Part shown: positions 19,189 to 28,448 of the stretch, piece after piece
How the letters are laid out: every line of letters begins with the position of its first letter
Numbering within the stretch: position 1 is the first letter of the stretch
NCBI GenBank assembly: GCA_965205485.1
Contig: OZ242180.1
Span: forward strand, 2,720,001-2,784,000
Source: Candidatus Latescibacterota bacterium
GTDB lineage: Bacteria; Latescibacterota; UBA2968; GCA-2709665
Direction: 5' to 3'
DNA: 64,000 bases
Notes under the pieces: model-generated
The model's database searches: none
Seen by the model: only the letters and a program-made list of their open reading frames with translations
What the model was told of the DNA's origin: nothing
Translations under genes and position numbers: made by a program

Positions 19189-19208
19189 GAATCTTCCGTT
19201 AGAACAAG
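19189..19208 (+). repeat. 20-bp island motif, copy E
   Basis: GAATCTTCCGTTAGAACAAG, 10 nt before the DUF6361 ATG. Confidence 0.85.
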
Positions 19209-19218
19209 AGAGGACACA

Positions 19219-20430
19219 ATGCAGGCGACGTTGACCTGGCTCGATCTGACGGCAAGCGACCGGGACAAGATGCGGCGGGTGCTGGACCTGTTCAATGAGC
19301 AGGGCACCCTCGATGAGATGGGACTCGGAAACCTTCGAGACGCGATTTCTGACGCGCTGTTTCCCGGGACCTCTTATATCCAGACGCGGCTGCGCTATGT
19401 ACTCTTCATTCCCTGGATCTACCAGAGGCTGGAGGCGCGGCGCGTCAGGAGCGTGGATGTAGCACAGGCCGCGCGCAAGGCGGAAGTCGATCTAATCGGG
19501 CGGCTTGAGCAGGGCCAAGACAAGAAAGGCATCATCGGCGTACTCGCTGGCCATTCGCTAGTACGGTTGCCGAGTTCCATATACTGGAGTGCACTCACTC
19601 GATGGGACGTCTTCAGGCCTCAACAGAGCCAGAGTTGGTATCACACGAACTTCGATACCCTGTTGGAAGGTCGCAGCGACGTGGGGCGGGCAGACGATCC
19701 GGGCGTGATCTGGAGCCGAGATGCACACTGGAATCCGCGTATGCCAGAGCCACCGGACGGCTTTCCTGAGGGAGCATCCTTTGCGTTGACCCGCGACGAG
19801 GCGGACTTTCTTTGTAGCCGCCTGGAGGAAACGTGTGCCGGCACGCTTCTGGCGTGGCTGGCCCGCACTGGAACCGATTCGCCCGCGAAAGATTCCTGGA
19901 AGGATCCGGACGCTCTCCGTGCACCTCAGGATATCCTTGATACCGTCGAACTGGCACGGCGTTTTTCACTACATGTCGAGGGCATGCCGCTGCTCTACAA
20001 TCTGGTTGTGGCGGAACACCGCCGCGAGATGCTTGACTCTGACGATGAGGGCGAATTGATCAGCTCGTACCGTACAGAGCTCACTGAGTGGGCGGACTCT
20101 GAGGCGGAAGAAGCTCAACCATTCGATCCGGATCCGCTGTGGGAATTGGTAGCCCGACGCGGTGGGCGCACTCCACATCATCAACGACTCTTCATTCAAG
20201 ATTGGTCTCGACAGATTGCCAAGTTGGATGCCGACATGATCGCCGACGACCCACGGCTGCGGGCGATGGTAACCGAACGCGAGTTAAACCTGAAGGGAGC
20301 GCGCGCACGACTTGGAAACCGTAGTCGCCTGATGGAATGGACGCCAGGGGTAGGTGTTGGTCGGATGGACTTTCGCTGGGTTCGCGTCCGGCAGTTTCTT
20401 ACGGACCTTCACAGGGGGTTGGCCGCCTGA
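19219..20430 (+). CDS. DUF6361-like protein (first gene of Azaca-like operon)
   Basis: LTWLD...GTLDEMGLGNLRDAISDALFPGTSYIQTRLRYVLFIPW, RLPSSIYWSAL, MDFRW. Confidence 0.75.
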   Translation: MQATLTWLDLTASDRDKMRRVLDLFNEQGTLDEMGLGNLRDAISDALFPGTSYIQTRLRYVLFIPWIYQRLEARRVRSVDVAQAARKAEVDLIGRLEQGQDKKGIIGVLAGHSLVRLPSSIYWSALTRWDVFRPQQSQSWYHTNFDTLLEGRSDVGRADDPGVIWSRDAHWNPRMPEPPDGFPEGASFALTRDEADFLCSRLEETCAGTLLAWLARTGTDSPAKDSWKDPDALRAPQDILDTVELARRFSLHVEGMPLLYNLVVAEHRREMLDSDDEGELISSYRTELTEWADSEAEEAQPFDPDPLWELVARRGGRTPHHQRLFIQDWSRQIAKLDADMIADDPRLRAMVTERELNLKGARARLGNRSRLMEWTPGVGVGRMDFRWVRVRQFLTDLHRGLAA

Positions 20431-22265
20431 TGTTATCGCCCGATACGCGATCCACCGCCTTCGAATTGCTACGCCCGCCCTGCGGGTACCAACTCGACCT
20501 CGCGGTGCTTTCCACTTACACGCTCGATCTTGAAACACTGCTCGTACTCCCCTTGTCGGTACTTGCACATTCCGATGGTGGACTGGATGAGTTATTGGCC
20601 GATCCGCTCTGTCTGCAACAGGCAATCCGGGATGCGGGTGACCGCATTCATGCTTTCGTGGACGAATCCGGAATCGCGATTCCACGCAACGCGCGATCGC
20701 TGTACTCGATGCTTGAGTCGAGCGTCCACGCCGTACGTGCCCCGAATGGCGGCGCATTCCACCCAAAGGTGTGGGTGGCTCGATTCGTTGCCTCTGATGA
20801 GGATGCTGAAGACCTATTGCGCGTTGCGATCCTGTCGCGAAACCTGACCTTTGACCGTTCCTGGGACATCGCACTGACGAGCGAGGCGTCCATCCGGGGC
20901 CGTCGACGTGTCGCCGTGAGCAGGCCGCTACGCGACTTTCTGCTGACATTGCCGCAACTCTCAACCAGCCCCGTACACGAGAACGTCGTAGCACGTCTCA
21001 AGGCATTAGCCGAACAGGTTTCGCGAACCGCTTTCCCTGCCCCTGACGGCTTCGCCGATCCGGTCGCGTTCCATTTACTCGGATTGCAGAAACGCCGCCG
21101 TCTGTGGCGCCCGCCGTCTACCGGGTATCGAACACTCGCAGTATCGCCGTTCATCAGCCGGACCGGACTGGAGGTGGTCGGGGAGTTGAGCGGTAACGAC
21201 CGGATGCTGGTGAGCCGACAGGAGGAACTCGACAGACTCGGTCAGGATGCGCTGGCTGAATGGAACGATGTATTCGTCCTTTCAGATGCCGCGCATGGGG
21301 AATCCGACGAAAGTCTGGCTGATGAAAACCAACCCGCAGCTGGTGGAATTGATCGCCCGTCGGGGTTGCATGCCAAGATGATCGCCGTGGAGCATGGTTG
21401 GGACGTTACCTGGTACGTGGGTTCCGCGAACCTGACCTCGTCTGCATTAAGCGGCAGCAACGTCGAAATGGTGGCGTCCGTCACCGGCAGGAAGGGACGC
21501 AAGGGGGGCCACAGCGGTCATGGTATCGATCGGTTCCTTGACGCCGGATTTCGGAAGCTGTGTGTGAAGTATGAGAGAGTCGAACCGGAGAAAGAAGACC
21601 CAGCCATCACCGATTCGCGAAATCGTCTTGAGGCGGCACGGGACGCCCTGTTGAGGACTGACCTGTGCGTGAATTGCGTTTCCGCAGGTGACGCCTGGAC
21701 CTTGACGATTGACGGAGACGGTATTCCGTGCGCCGACGATGTCGAGGTCGTAACTTGGCCCGTCTCCGTCGCCGAAGATCAAGCCTTGCTGCTGGAGAAG
21801 GCGGTCAGTTGGAGGTTGCCCGTTGCGCGTCTTACGGCATTCATCGCCTTTCGGCTGAGCGTCGACGTCGGTGGCGTGGACGACGTCAGAATGACCCTTA
21901 GTCTACCCGCTCAAGGAATCCCGGAGGATCGCATGCATCACGTGCTCCGGGGCCTGTTGGACAGTCCGGAGAAGTTCCTTCGATTCCTTCGGGCATTGCT
22001 CGGCGGGCTCGATTCCGTTTTTGGCTGGGCGCAGGAACCCAGGCAGGGAGACGCGGCCTTCGCCTGGGGAATCGGGGAGGGTGGCGAGACATTGCTCGAC
22101 GACCTTGTCCGCACTGCCTCAAGAGACCCCGATCGCCTGAAGCCGGTACGTCGCCTGATCGACGACCTTCGGAAGACGGAAGAAGGGCGCCGTATCGTAC
22201 CTGACGAACTATTCGGTATCTGGACGGCAGTCGAGGAGGCACTCGCACCGGAGCCACGACTATGA
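20430..22265 (+). CDS. Phospholipase D-family nuclease-like protein
   Basis: Two HxK motifs (FHPKVW..SRNLT; LHAKM..GSANLT); TGATG coupling to the upstream gene. Confidence 0.8.
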   Translation: MLSPDTRSTAFELLRPPCGYQLDLAVLSTYTLDLETLLVLPLSVLAHSDGGLDELLADPLCLQQAIRDAGDRIHAFVDESGIAIPRNARSLYSMLESSVHAVRAPNGGAFHPKVWVARFVASDEDAEDLLRVAILSRNLTFDRSWDIALTSEASIRGRRRVAVSRPLRDFLLTLPQLSTSPVHENVVARLKALAEQVSRTAFPAPDGFADPVAFHLLGLQKRRRLWRPPSTGYRTLAVSPFISRTGLEVVGELSGNDRMLVSRQEELDRLGQDALAEWNDVFVLSDAAHGESDESLADENQPAAGGIDRPSGLHAKMIAVEHGWDVTWYVGSANLTSSALSGSNVEMVASVTGRKGRKGGHSGHGIDRFLDAGFRKLCVKYERVEPEKEDPAITDSRNRLEAARDALLRTDLCVNCVSAGDAWTLTIDGDGIPCADDVEVVTWPVSVAEDQALLLEKAVSWRLPVARLTAFIAFRLSVDVGGVDDVRMTLSLPAQGIPEDRMHHVLRGLLDSPEKFLRFLRALLGGLDSVFGWAQEPRQGDAAFAWGIGEGGETLLDDLVRTASRDPDRLKPVRRLIDDLRKTEEGRRIVPDELFGIWTAVEEALAPEPRL

Positions 22266-25200
22266 AGCGTCCTTGCGTCAGCGCGAGTCTGAAACCGCTA
22301 AAGTCCTTTCAGCGTCGTACCGTGGAGCACGCCTTCCACCGCCTGTTCACTGCGGAAGACGGAACCGGGCGTTTTCTGGTGGCTGACGAGGTAGGCCTCG
22401 GGAAGACGCTGGTCGCCCGGGGTATCATTGCCCGTACCATCGATCACCTCTGGACCGACGTCGAACGGATCGACATTGTCTACATTTGCAGTAACGCCAG
22501 CATCGCGCGTGCCAATCTGCCAAAGCTCAGGATCGGAGGCGCCGAAGAACGGTCGTTCGCATTAGCGACCCGTCTCACGATGTTGGCCACGCAACTGGCG
22601 CGTAAGGAAGGTGAACCTGGTCTGATCGACAGCAAGCTGAACTTCGTCAGCTTCACGCCGGGCACGTCCTTTAACATGGGGCAATCCGCAGGGCAGCGCC
22701 AGGAGCGGGAGGTGCTGTTTCAACTGCTCGATCCGCTGACAGAGCGGCGCACGGCGCTTATGAACTTCCTGCAGGGATGGATTACGGACAGAGATGACTG
22801 GCGCTGGTACCTTAAGAACCGCCCCCGCCCTATCGAAGACATGATACGTCGAAGGTTTGAGAATGCATTTTGCAAGCGCCACGGTCTGGAGGACAGATTT
22901 CAAGGCATCCTTGGTGCGTTCCGCCGCTACCGGGTAAATTGGCCTGACGATGTGCGGTACCAGCGGGACCGGCTCATATCCGAGTTGCGCCGCCTGCTGG
23001 CCGGAGTGTGTGTCCGCGCCCTCGAGCCGGATCTCGTGATCATGGACGAGTTCCAGCGCTTCAAGTCACTGCTCGACACAAGTGGCGTAGAGCGAGACCC
23101 TGCAGCGCACCTGGCTCACGAGTTGTTCCAGGCCAAGGCGCATGACGGTAAGCGCGTGCGGACGCTCTTGCTCTCCGCGACTCCGTACAAGCTCTACACC
23201 GCAGATGCGGAGATTGAGCAGGAAGACCATTACGAAGACTTTCTGGCAACTACCGAATTCCTCCTCGGCGATGAAGACGGTCGCGTTGAAGAGCTTAAAC
23301 GCCAATTGTCGCGTTTCGGGTCCGCGTTGAAGGGCACGGCGGCCGGAGAACCGGATAAGGCCAAGAGAATCGAACGCGCGAAGCACGAGGTCGAGGTATC
23401 ACTTAAGAACGTGATGGCACGAACCGAGCGTGTCGCAGCCAGTGAAGAGCACGACGCGATGGTGGCGGAGGTGCCGAGCAACGTGACCGTGACCTCAACC
23501 GATGTGCGCCAGTACCTGGCCGCAGATGCCCTGTTTAGGGCTATCGGTGACCGCGATCCGATGCCGTTCTGGAAGTCGGCGCCGTACCTTGCTCATTTCA
23601 TGCACGGTTACAGGTTCAACGAACTACTCGCAGAGGCGATTAAGTCACCGAGAAAGATCGTCGAGGTCTTCCAGCAGCACGAGTCTGCGTTCTTGAAGGC
23701 TGCGACGATTCGCTCCTGGGAGAGCATTGACCCCGGAAACGCGAAGCTGCGTGAGATGGTTGGGGAACTGATCGACGAGGGAATGTGGCGACTTCTCTGG
23801 ATGCCGCCGACGCTTCCGTACTGGCCGCTTGAAGGACCGTTCAAGGGAACGGCACAGGCAACGAAACGCCTGTTGTTCTCTGCATGGAACGTCGTGCCCG
23901 ACGTTGTCAGCGCCGTTCTGAGCTACGAAGCGGAACGTCTGATGACACGTAGTCCACGCGGCCGGATTGAATCCTACGAAAGACTCGTCGAGCAGCAGAG
24001 GCCGCTCTTGAGACTTACGCAGTCGGTAGTCGGTCGACGGTCACGACATCGTCTACTGCTTTTGCTCTTGCCCTGCCTTCCGCTGGCAGATGGGGCCCAT
24101 CCTCTTGATGCGCCGCCCGGCCAGGATCGCCGGGCGTGGGTCCGGTCGCGAGTCGACGAAATTCTTTCTGACACAGAGCTTCCGAACCCAAAGCAAGGTA
24201 ATATCGACGACAGGTGGGAATGGATCGCGCCGCTCCTGATAGATCCTGAACTGCGCGGTTTCCTTCGGGCTTGGGTGAACGGCGGGCTTCCCGGGTTGTC
24301 AGCAAATGAGCGACTACCGCAGCCAAACCCGGAAGTCTTTGGCGCTTACGTAGATGATTTGCTTGACGTCGAATTGCGTACCCTAGGCCGGCGACCACCG
24401 CATCTTGCAGAATTGCTCACCGACGTCGCACTTGGCTCGCCCGCAATACTCGCAGCACGCAGTCTAAGAAATAGGACGAATATCGGCGACGGTACGCGAC
24501 GTCGGCTCGCCGTGATGATTTCACTTGCGTTCTGGAGCCTCTTCAATCAGCCGGCTGTAATCACACTGATGCGTCAACTGGCTTCAGATTCGGCCGAAGC
24601 CAGGAATGAATCAGCCTACTGGCGTCTTGTGCTCGGCTATTGCCGGCAAGGCAACCTGCAAGCAGTACTGGACGAACAATGGCACCTGCTTTGGGACCAG
24701 GAGTCGTGGTCCGGCGACGCCAGCGGCGACGAAACCGCCGAAGGGTGCGCCCGCAAACTCATCCAGGTTGTGCGTCCAATGCGTGCTCGTGTCCATGCAA
24801 GGTTTTTCGAGATTAAGGGTGCAGGAGGAAATGGATCGACGCTTGCAAGTGATGAAGTCCGCCTTCGTACGGCTTTCGCGCTGCGCTTCGGCCACATCAG
24901 CACGGATGAAGGCGTTCACATCAGCCAGGACGCCGTTAGAGACGCCTTCAATAGTCCGTTTCGTCCCTTTGTACTTACCAGTACATCGATTGGGCAGGAA
25001 GGGCTCGATTTTCATCCTTGGTGCCACCGCTTGGTCCACTGGAACCTGCCCGGCAATCCGGTCGATCTCGAACAACGCGAAGGCCGCATCCATCGATACA
25101 AGGGACACGCGATCCGTCGAAATGTCGCTGCCCGCCATGCGCATGACGCGCTGACGTCATGGAGGGCCGGAGACGACATTTGGATACGGATGTTCGAGTT

Positions 25201-25471
25201 AGCCGACCAGGCGGCGCGAGCTTCCGGGGAAAGTGATCTGGTACCTCACTGGATCGCCCCCGGAGATTGCTTGGTACAGCGCCATGTGCCACTCCTGCCA
25301 TACACGACGGAGATCGAGGCGTTCAAACGCCTCAAACGTCAACTCGCGGCCTACCGGGTTGTCTTTGGGCAACCCCGCCAGGAGGAACTCGTTGCGCTGC
25401 TCGACCGATCTGACGTCGACGTCACGAAATTCAAAGAATGGGCGATCGATCTCTCGCCACCAGAGATCTGA
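22262..25471 (+). CDS. SF2 helicase
   Basis: ADEVGLGKT, MDEFQRF, LSATPY, TSIGQEGLDFH, EQREGRIHRY; ATGA overlap. Confidence 0.9.
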   Translation: MKRPCVSASLKPLKSFQRRTVEHAFHRLFTAEDGTGRFLVADEVGLGKTLVARGIIARTIDHLWTDVERIDIVYICSNASIARANLPKLRIGGAEERSFALATRLTMLATQLARKEGEPGLIDSKLNFVSFTPGTSFNMGQSAGQRQEREVLFQLLDPLTERRTALMNFLQGWITDRDDWRWYLKNRPRPIEDMIRRRFENAFCKRHGLEDRFQGILGAFRRYRVNWPDDVRYQRDRLISELRRLLAGVCVRALEPDLVIMDEFQRFKSLLDTSGVERDPAAHLAHELFQAKAHDGKRVRTLLLSATPYKLYTADAEIEQEDHYEDFLATTEFLLGDEDGRVEELKRQLSRFGSALKGTAAGEPDKAKRIERAKHEVEVSLKNVMARTERVAASEEHDAMVAEVPSNVTVTSTDVRQYLAADALFRAIGDRDPMPFWKSAPYLAHFMHGYRFNELLAEAIKSPRKIVEVFQQHESAFLKAATIRSWESIDPGNAKLREMVGELIDEGMWRLLWMPPTLPYWPLEGPFKGTAQATKRLLFSAWNVVPDVVSAVLSYEAERLMTRSPRGRIESYERLVEQQRPLLRLTQSVVGRRSRHRLLLLLLPCLPLADGAHPLDAPPGQDRRAWVRSRVDEILSDTELPNPKQGNIDDRWEWIAPLLIDPELRGFLRAWVNGGLPGLSANERLPQPNPEVFGAYVDDLLDVELRTLGRRPPHLAELLTDVALGSPAILAARSLRNRTNIGDGTRRRLAVMISLAFWSLFNQPAVITLMRQLASDSAEARNESAYWRLVLGYCRQGNLQAVLDEQWHLLWDQESWSGDASGDETAEGCARKLIQVVRPMRARVHARFFEIKGAGGNGSTLASDEVRLRTAFALRFGHISTDEGVHISQDAVRDAFNSPFRPFVLTSTSIGQEGLDFHPWCHRLVHWNLPGNPVDLEQREGRIHRYKGHAIRRNVAARHAHDALTSWRAGDDIWIRMFELADQAARASGESDLVPHWIAPGDCLVQRHVPLLPYTTEIEAFKRLKRQLAAYRVVFGQPRQEELVALLDRSDVDVTKFKEWAIDLSPPEI

Positions 25472-25615
25472 AACGATCAAAAGTAGCTGAGAAGTTTCGG
25501 AATTTGGGCGTTGTGCGGGATTCCATACACGCCATTTGAGACACTAAACGCCCGTCGCGAAGACAAACTCGCTGTTCGATTTCTCCTCACTTCGGAGAGA
25601 GGAGCGAATTGAAAC

Positions 25616-26140
25616 GTGAAGCGCACACGGACACGTGCGATCGTGGGGTCATTCGTCTTCTTCTGGGTCGCGCCGGCTGTCGTTGCCGGCGTCATCCCGT
25701 TCGCGCTGGTCGGCTGGACGATGCAGCCGCCGCTGCTCGGGCTGCCCGGCGAGCGGGTATTGGGAGCCGCGGCCGTCGCGGCGGGTCTGGCCTGCCTGCT
25801 GGACTGCTTCGCCCGTTTCGCCCTCGAGGGTCGTGGCACACCGGCGCCGGTGGCGCAGACCGAAATACTGGTCGCTTCCGGCCTCTATCGGTTCGTGCGA
25901 AACCCGATGTATATCTCCATGTTGATCATCATTTCAGGGCAGACGCTGCTCTTTGGCCAGGCACGGCTGTTGGTTTACGCCGGGGTGGTGTTTGCCGCGT
26001 TCCACCTGAACGTGCTGCTCTATGAGGAGCCGCAACTCCGTCGAAGATTCGGAGGGTCGTACGAGACCTACCGCCTGCACGTGGGTCGCTGGTGGCCACG
26101 CCTGACGCCGTGGCGCGGGTCAGGTACGCCAGGCTGCTGA
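25616..26140 (+). CDS. Isoprenylcysteine carboxyl methyltransferase/PEMT family membrane protein
   Basis: GRGTPAP, GLYRFVRNPMY, YEEPQLRRRFG. Confidence 0.85.
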   Translation: MKRTRTRAIVGSFVFFWVAPAVVAGVIPFALVGWTMQPPLLGLPGERVLGAAAVAAGLACLLDCFARFALEGRGTPAPVAQTEILVASGLYRFVRNPMYISMLIIISGQTLLFGQARLLVYAGVVFAAFHLNVLLYEEPQLRRRFGGSYETYRLHVGRWWPRLTPWRGSGTPGC

Positions 26141-26376
26141 CGACGCCGGCAAATCAGGTGTGACGCTGAACAATGGAAAGAGGCAGCATGTCGGATCGTC
26201 CGCTCGGAAATCAGGTGGCGGTCGTTGACGGTCCGGATCCTGTCCAGGGGGACGTTCTCGAATATGCCTCCAGGATCGTTGCGGCCCCCGTTGTCAGGCT
26301 CACGCCTCATTGGAAATTCGCGCTCCTTTCAGGTTAATACTTCGCAGGACAACGCAACTCATTTTCAAGGAGGAAT

Positions 26377-26808
26377 ATGATGCTCAGGAACATCCTCGCC
26401 GCCGTCGTCGGCTACATTGCCATGGCCGCCGTTCTCTTCGTTCTCTTCTCGCTTCTGTGGCTGACGCTAGGGCCCTCGCGCGCCTTCCAGCCGGGTTCGT
26501 GGGAGGTATCCGGCAGCTGGGCACTCGGCTCACTCGTGCTCGGGCTCGTGGGCGCGTACATCGGCGGACGAGTCTGTGCCAGTGTGGCGCACAATGCCAG
26601 GGCCGCCACGATTCTAATCGCCGTCGTTCTCGTGCTCGGGGTGGTGACGGCCCTGATGCCGGTGGATATGTCGGCCGGACCGCGCCCGGACGACGTGTCG
26701 ATGATGGAGGCGACCGCAGGCGCTCGCCAGCCGGCGTGGTTCAACTGGCTCAACCCACTGATCGGGGTCATGGGCGTCTGGTTCGGATCGCGGAAGTTGC
26801 GCGCGTAG
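26377..26808 (+). CDS. Hypothetical 4-TM membrane protein
   Basis: Hydrophobic segments; RBS AAGGAGG. Confidence 0.7.
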   Translation: MMLRNILAAVVGYIAMAAVLFVLFSLLWLTLGPSRAFQPGSWEVSGSWALGSLVLGLVGAYIGGRVCASVAHNARAATILIAVVLVLGVVTALMPVDMSAGPRPDDVSMMEATAGARQPAWFNWLNPLIGVMGVWFGSRKLRA

Positions 26809-26920
26809 CCGTCCATTTCCGGGGCGGATGAAAGGAATGTGCCGCGTATCGATACGCTGTACGATACGGCGTCGCGAATACGTCTCACGCCGGCTTTGGC
26901 CTGGCTGGTGAGTGTGTCGT

Positions 26921-27402
26921 TCATGGGGATGCGTCCTGAAAGCTGCGGCCCTGGGTGGATGACCGCATGCAATCGGAATTCTCACAAGGGTCGGAAACAG
27001 CGAACCGTTCGAACCGGTGGCGATTCAGTTCGGCAGGCAATTCGATTAAGGCGCCCGCATCACGCGAGGCAATGGCCCAATCCAGGAGCAGGTCGTATTG
27101 CCACGTTTCCTGGAGGCCTCCAAACCACTGCATTTCCTCGGGCAAGATAACACAGACGACGTTGGATCCAGATCGCACGGGCCAAGGCATCCGGAGAACG
27201 TCAGTTGCACCGACCTGTTGAGTTTTTCAATTTTCCACCGATGCTTAATCCAGTCGCGGGGCACTGGCGGGAAGCCATTTTCTGTCCTGCCGCAGCAACA
27301 GCCTTCGCAGAACACGATCTGCCCAAGAACGCGGTCCCGGGCCGGAGCCAATGTTCCGTCTCTGGCGAGCGTTTCGCGGATGCGCTGAGTCTGAGCATTC
27401 AT
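26921..27402 (-). pseudogene. Thioredoxin-like (2Fe-2S) ferredoxin-domain protein, frameshifted near 27165
   Basis: MNAQ...CEGCCCG...SGCLGPCDL in one frame continues as NVVCVILPEEMQWFGGL in another. Confidence 0.6.
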
Positions 27403-28448
27403 TACGTGTTGCTCACTCGCCAGGCCGTCACGCCGCCCTGTGCGTCGAGCGCGGCCAGCGCGCGGCCGTCCGGCCGCCAGTACAATTCGGCCACGGCGCC
27501 CGCCACAGCCGCGGTCCCCATCGGATCGCCTCTTCCATCTTTCCGAATCGACCACACGACCACGGCGCCATCACGGCCTCCCGATGCGAGGCGCATTGCG
27601 CGCGGAGCGAAGGCAAGCGTCGTGATGGGTTGAACATGAAACTCCAGGACGCCGGGCTCCGTGTCTTCGGGACCCCTTCCCGCGAAGTTCCAGACGGTCA
27701 CCGCCTCCCCTCCGCCGGTGGCCAGGAGGGTGCCGGTGTCATCGAAAGCCAGGGCCGACGGCTTGGCGGGATATCCTGACATCATGGAGTCCTCCTCCGT
27801 GGCACGACGCCAGAAGTGAACCGAATTGTCCTGGCTGCCGCAGACCACGATGCCCCCGTCCGGACTCAGTACCATCGAAACCAGGGATCCCTGCCATTCC
27901 AGTTTCTGGCGAATCTCGCCGCTGGACGCGTCGAAGAATGCCACGCGACCGTAACAGGCCGTCGCCAGTTCTCCCGCGCTCGACCAGGCGATTGCGCTGA
28001 CGGTGCTGGGATGATCGTCAGATCGCCAAATCTCCGCGCCGTCCGCATCATACGCGCGAACCTGTCGGGAGCAGGAGGCCGCCAACCATCGGCCGTCCGG
28101 CGACCACGCCACGTTTTCAACCCAACCGCTTCCAACGTCGATAGCCCTGCCTACCTGGCCTTCGGCGGCGCTCCAGATCAAGACCCGGCTGTCCTGGCCT
28201 GCCGTAGCGAACACGGTTCCGCCAGGGTGGATCGCCACCGCGAGTACACCGCCTTCGTGAACCCCGCGCCGTTCCCAGGCGGTCGCGCCGGACTTGCCGT
28301 CGAATGCGTAGACGCCGCCCGCGGCATCACCGACAATCAGCGCCTCACCGCGAAGGCACCAGCCCCCTGCGATGGCATAGTCGCCAACCGCCGCGGACCA
28401 GCCCCGGCGAAGCGCGCCACCCGAGCTTCCCACATTCAAACCAGACAT
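27402..28448 (-). CDS. WD40-repeat protein
   Basis: ATAGQDSRVLIW, AWSPDGRWLA, GSQDNSVHFW, ASGGRDGAVVVW. Confidence 0.88.
   Translation of the reverse strand: MSGLNVGSSGGALRRGWSAAVGDYAIAGGWCLRGEALIVGDAAGGVYAFDGKSGATAWERRGVHEGGVLAVAIHPGGTVFATAGQDSRVLIWSAAEGQVGRAIDVGSGWVENVAWSPDGRWLAASCSRQVRAYDADGAEIWRSDDHPSTVSAIAWSSAGELATACYGRVAFFDASSGEIRQKLEWQGSLVSMVLSPDGGIVVCGSQDNSVHFWRRATEEDSMMSGYPAKPSALAFDDTGTLLATGGGEAVTVWNFAGRGPEDTEPGVLEFHVQPITTLAFAPRAMRLASGGRDGAVVVWSIRKDGRGDPMGTAAVAGAVAELYWRPDGRALAALDAQGGVTAWRVSNT

Noticed and set aside
15644..19208. Interpreting the 20-bp motif as a CRISPR array, integron attC or classical LexA box
   Set aside because: Irregular spacing with genes between copies; no RYYYAAC/GTTRRRY pair or long hairpin; spacing differs from GAAC-N4-GTTC, GTTC-N7-GTTC and TGTTC-N4-GAACA.
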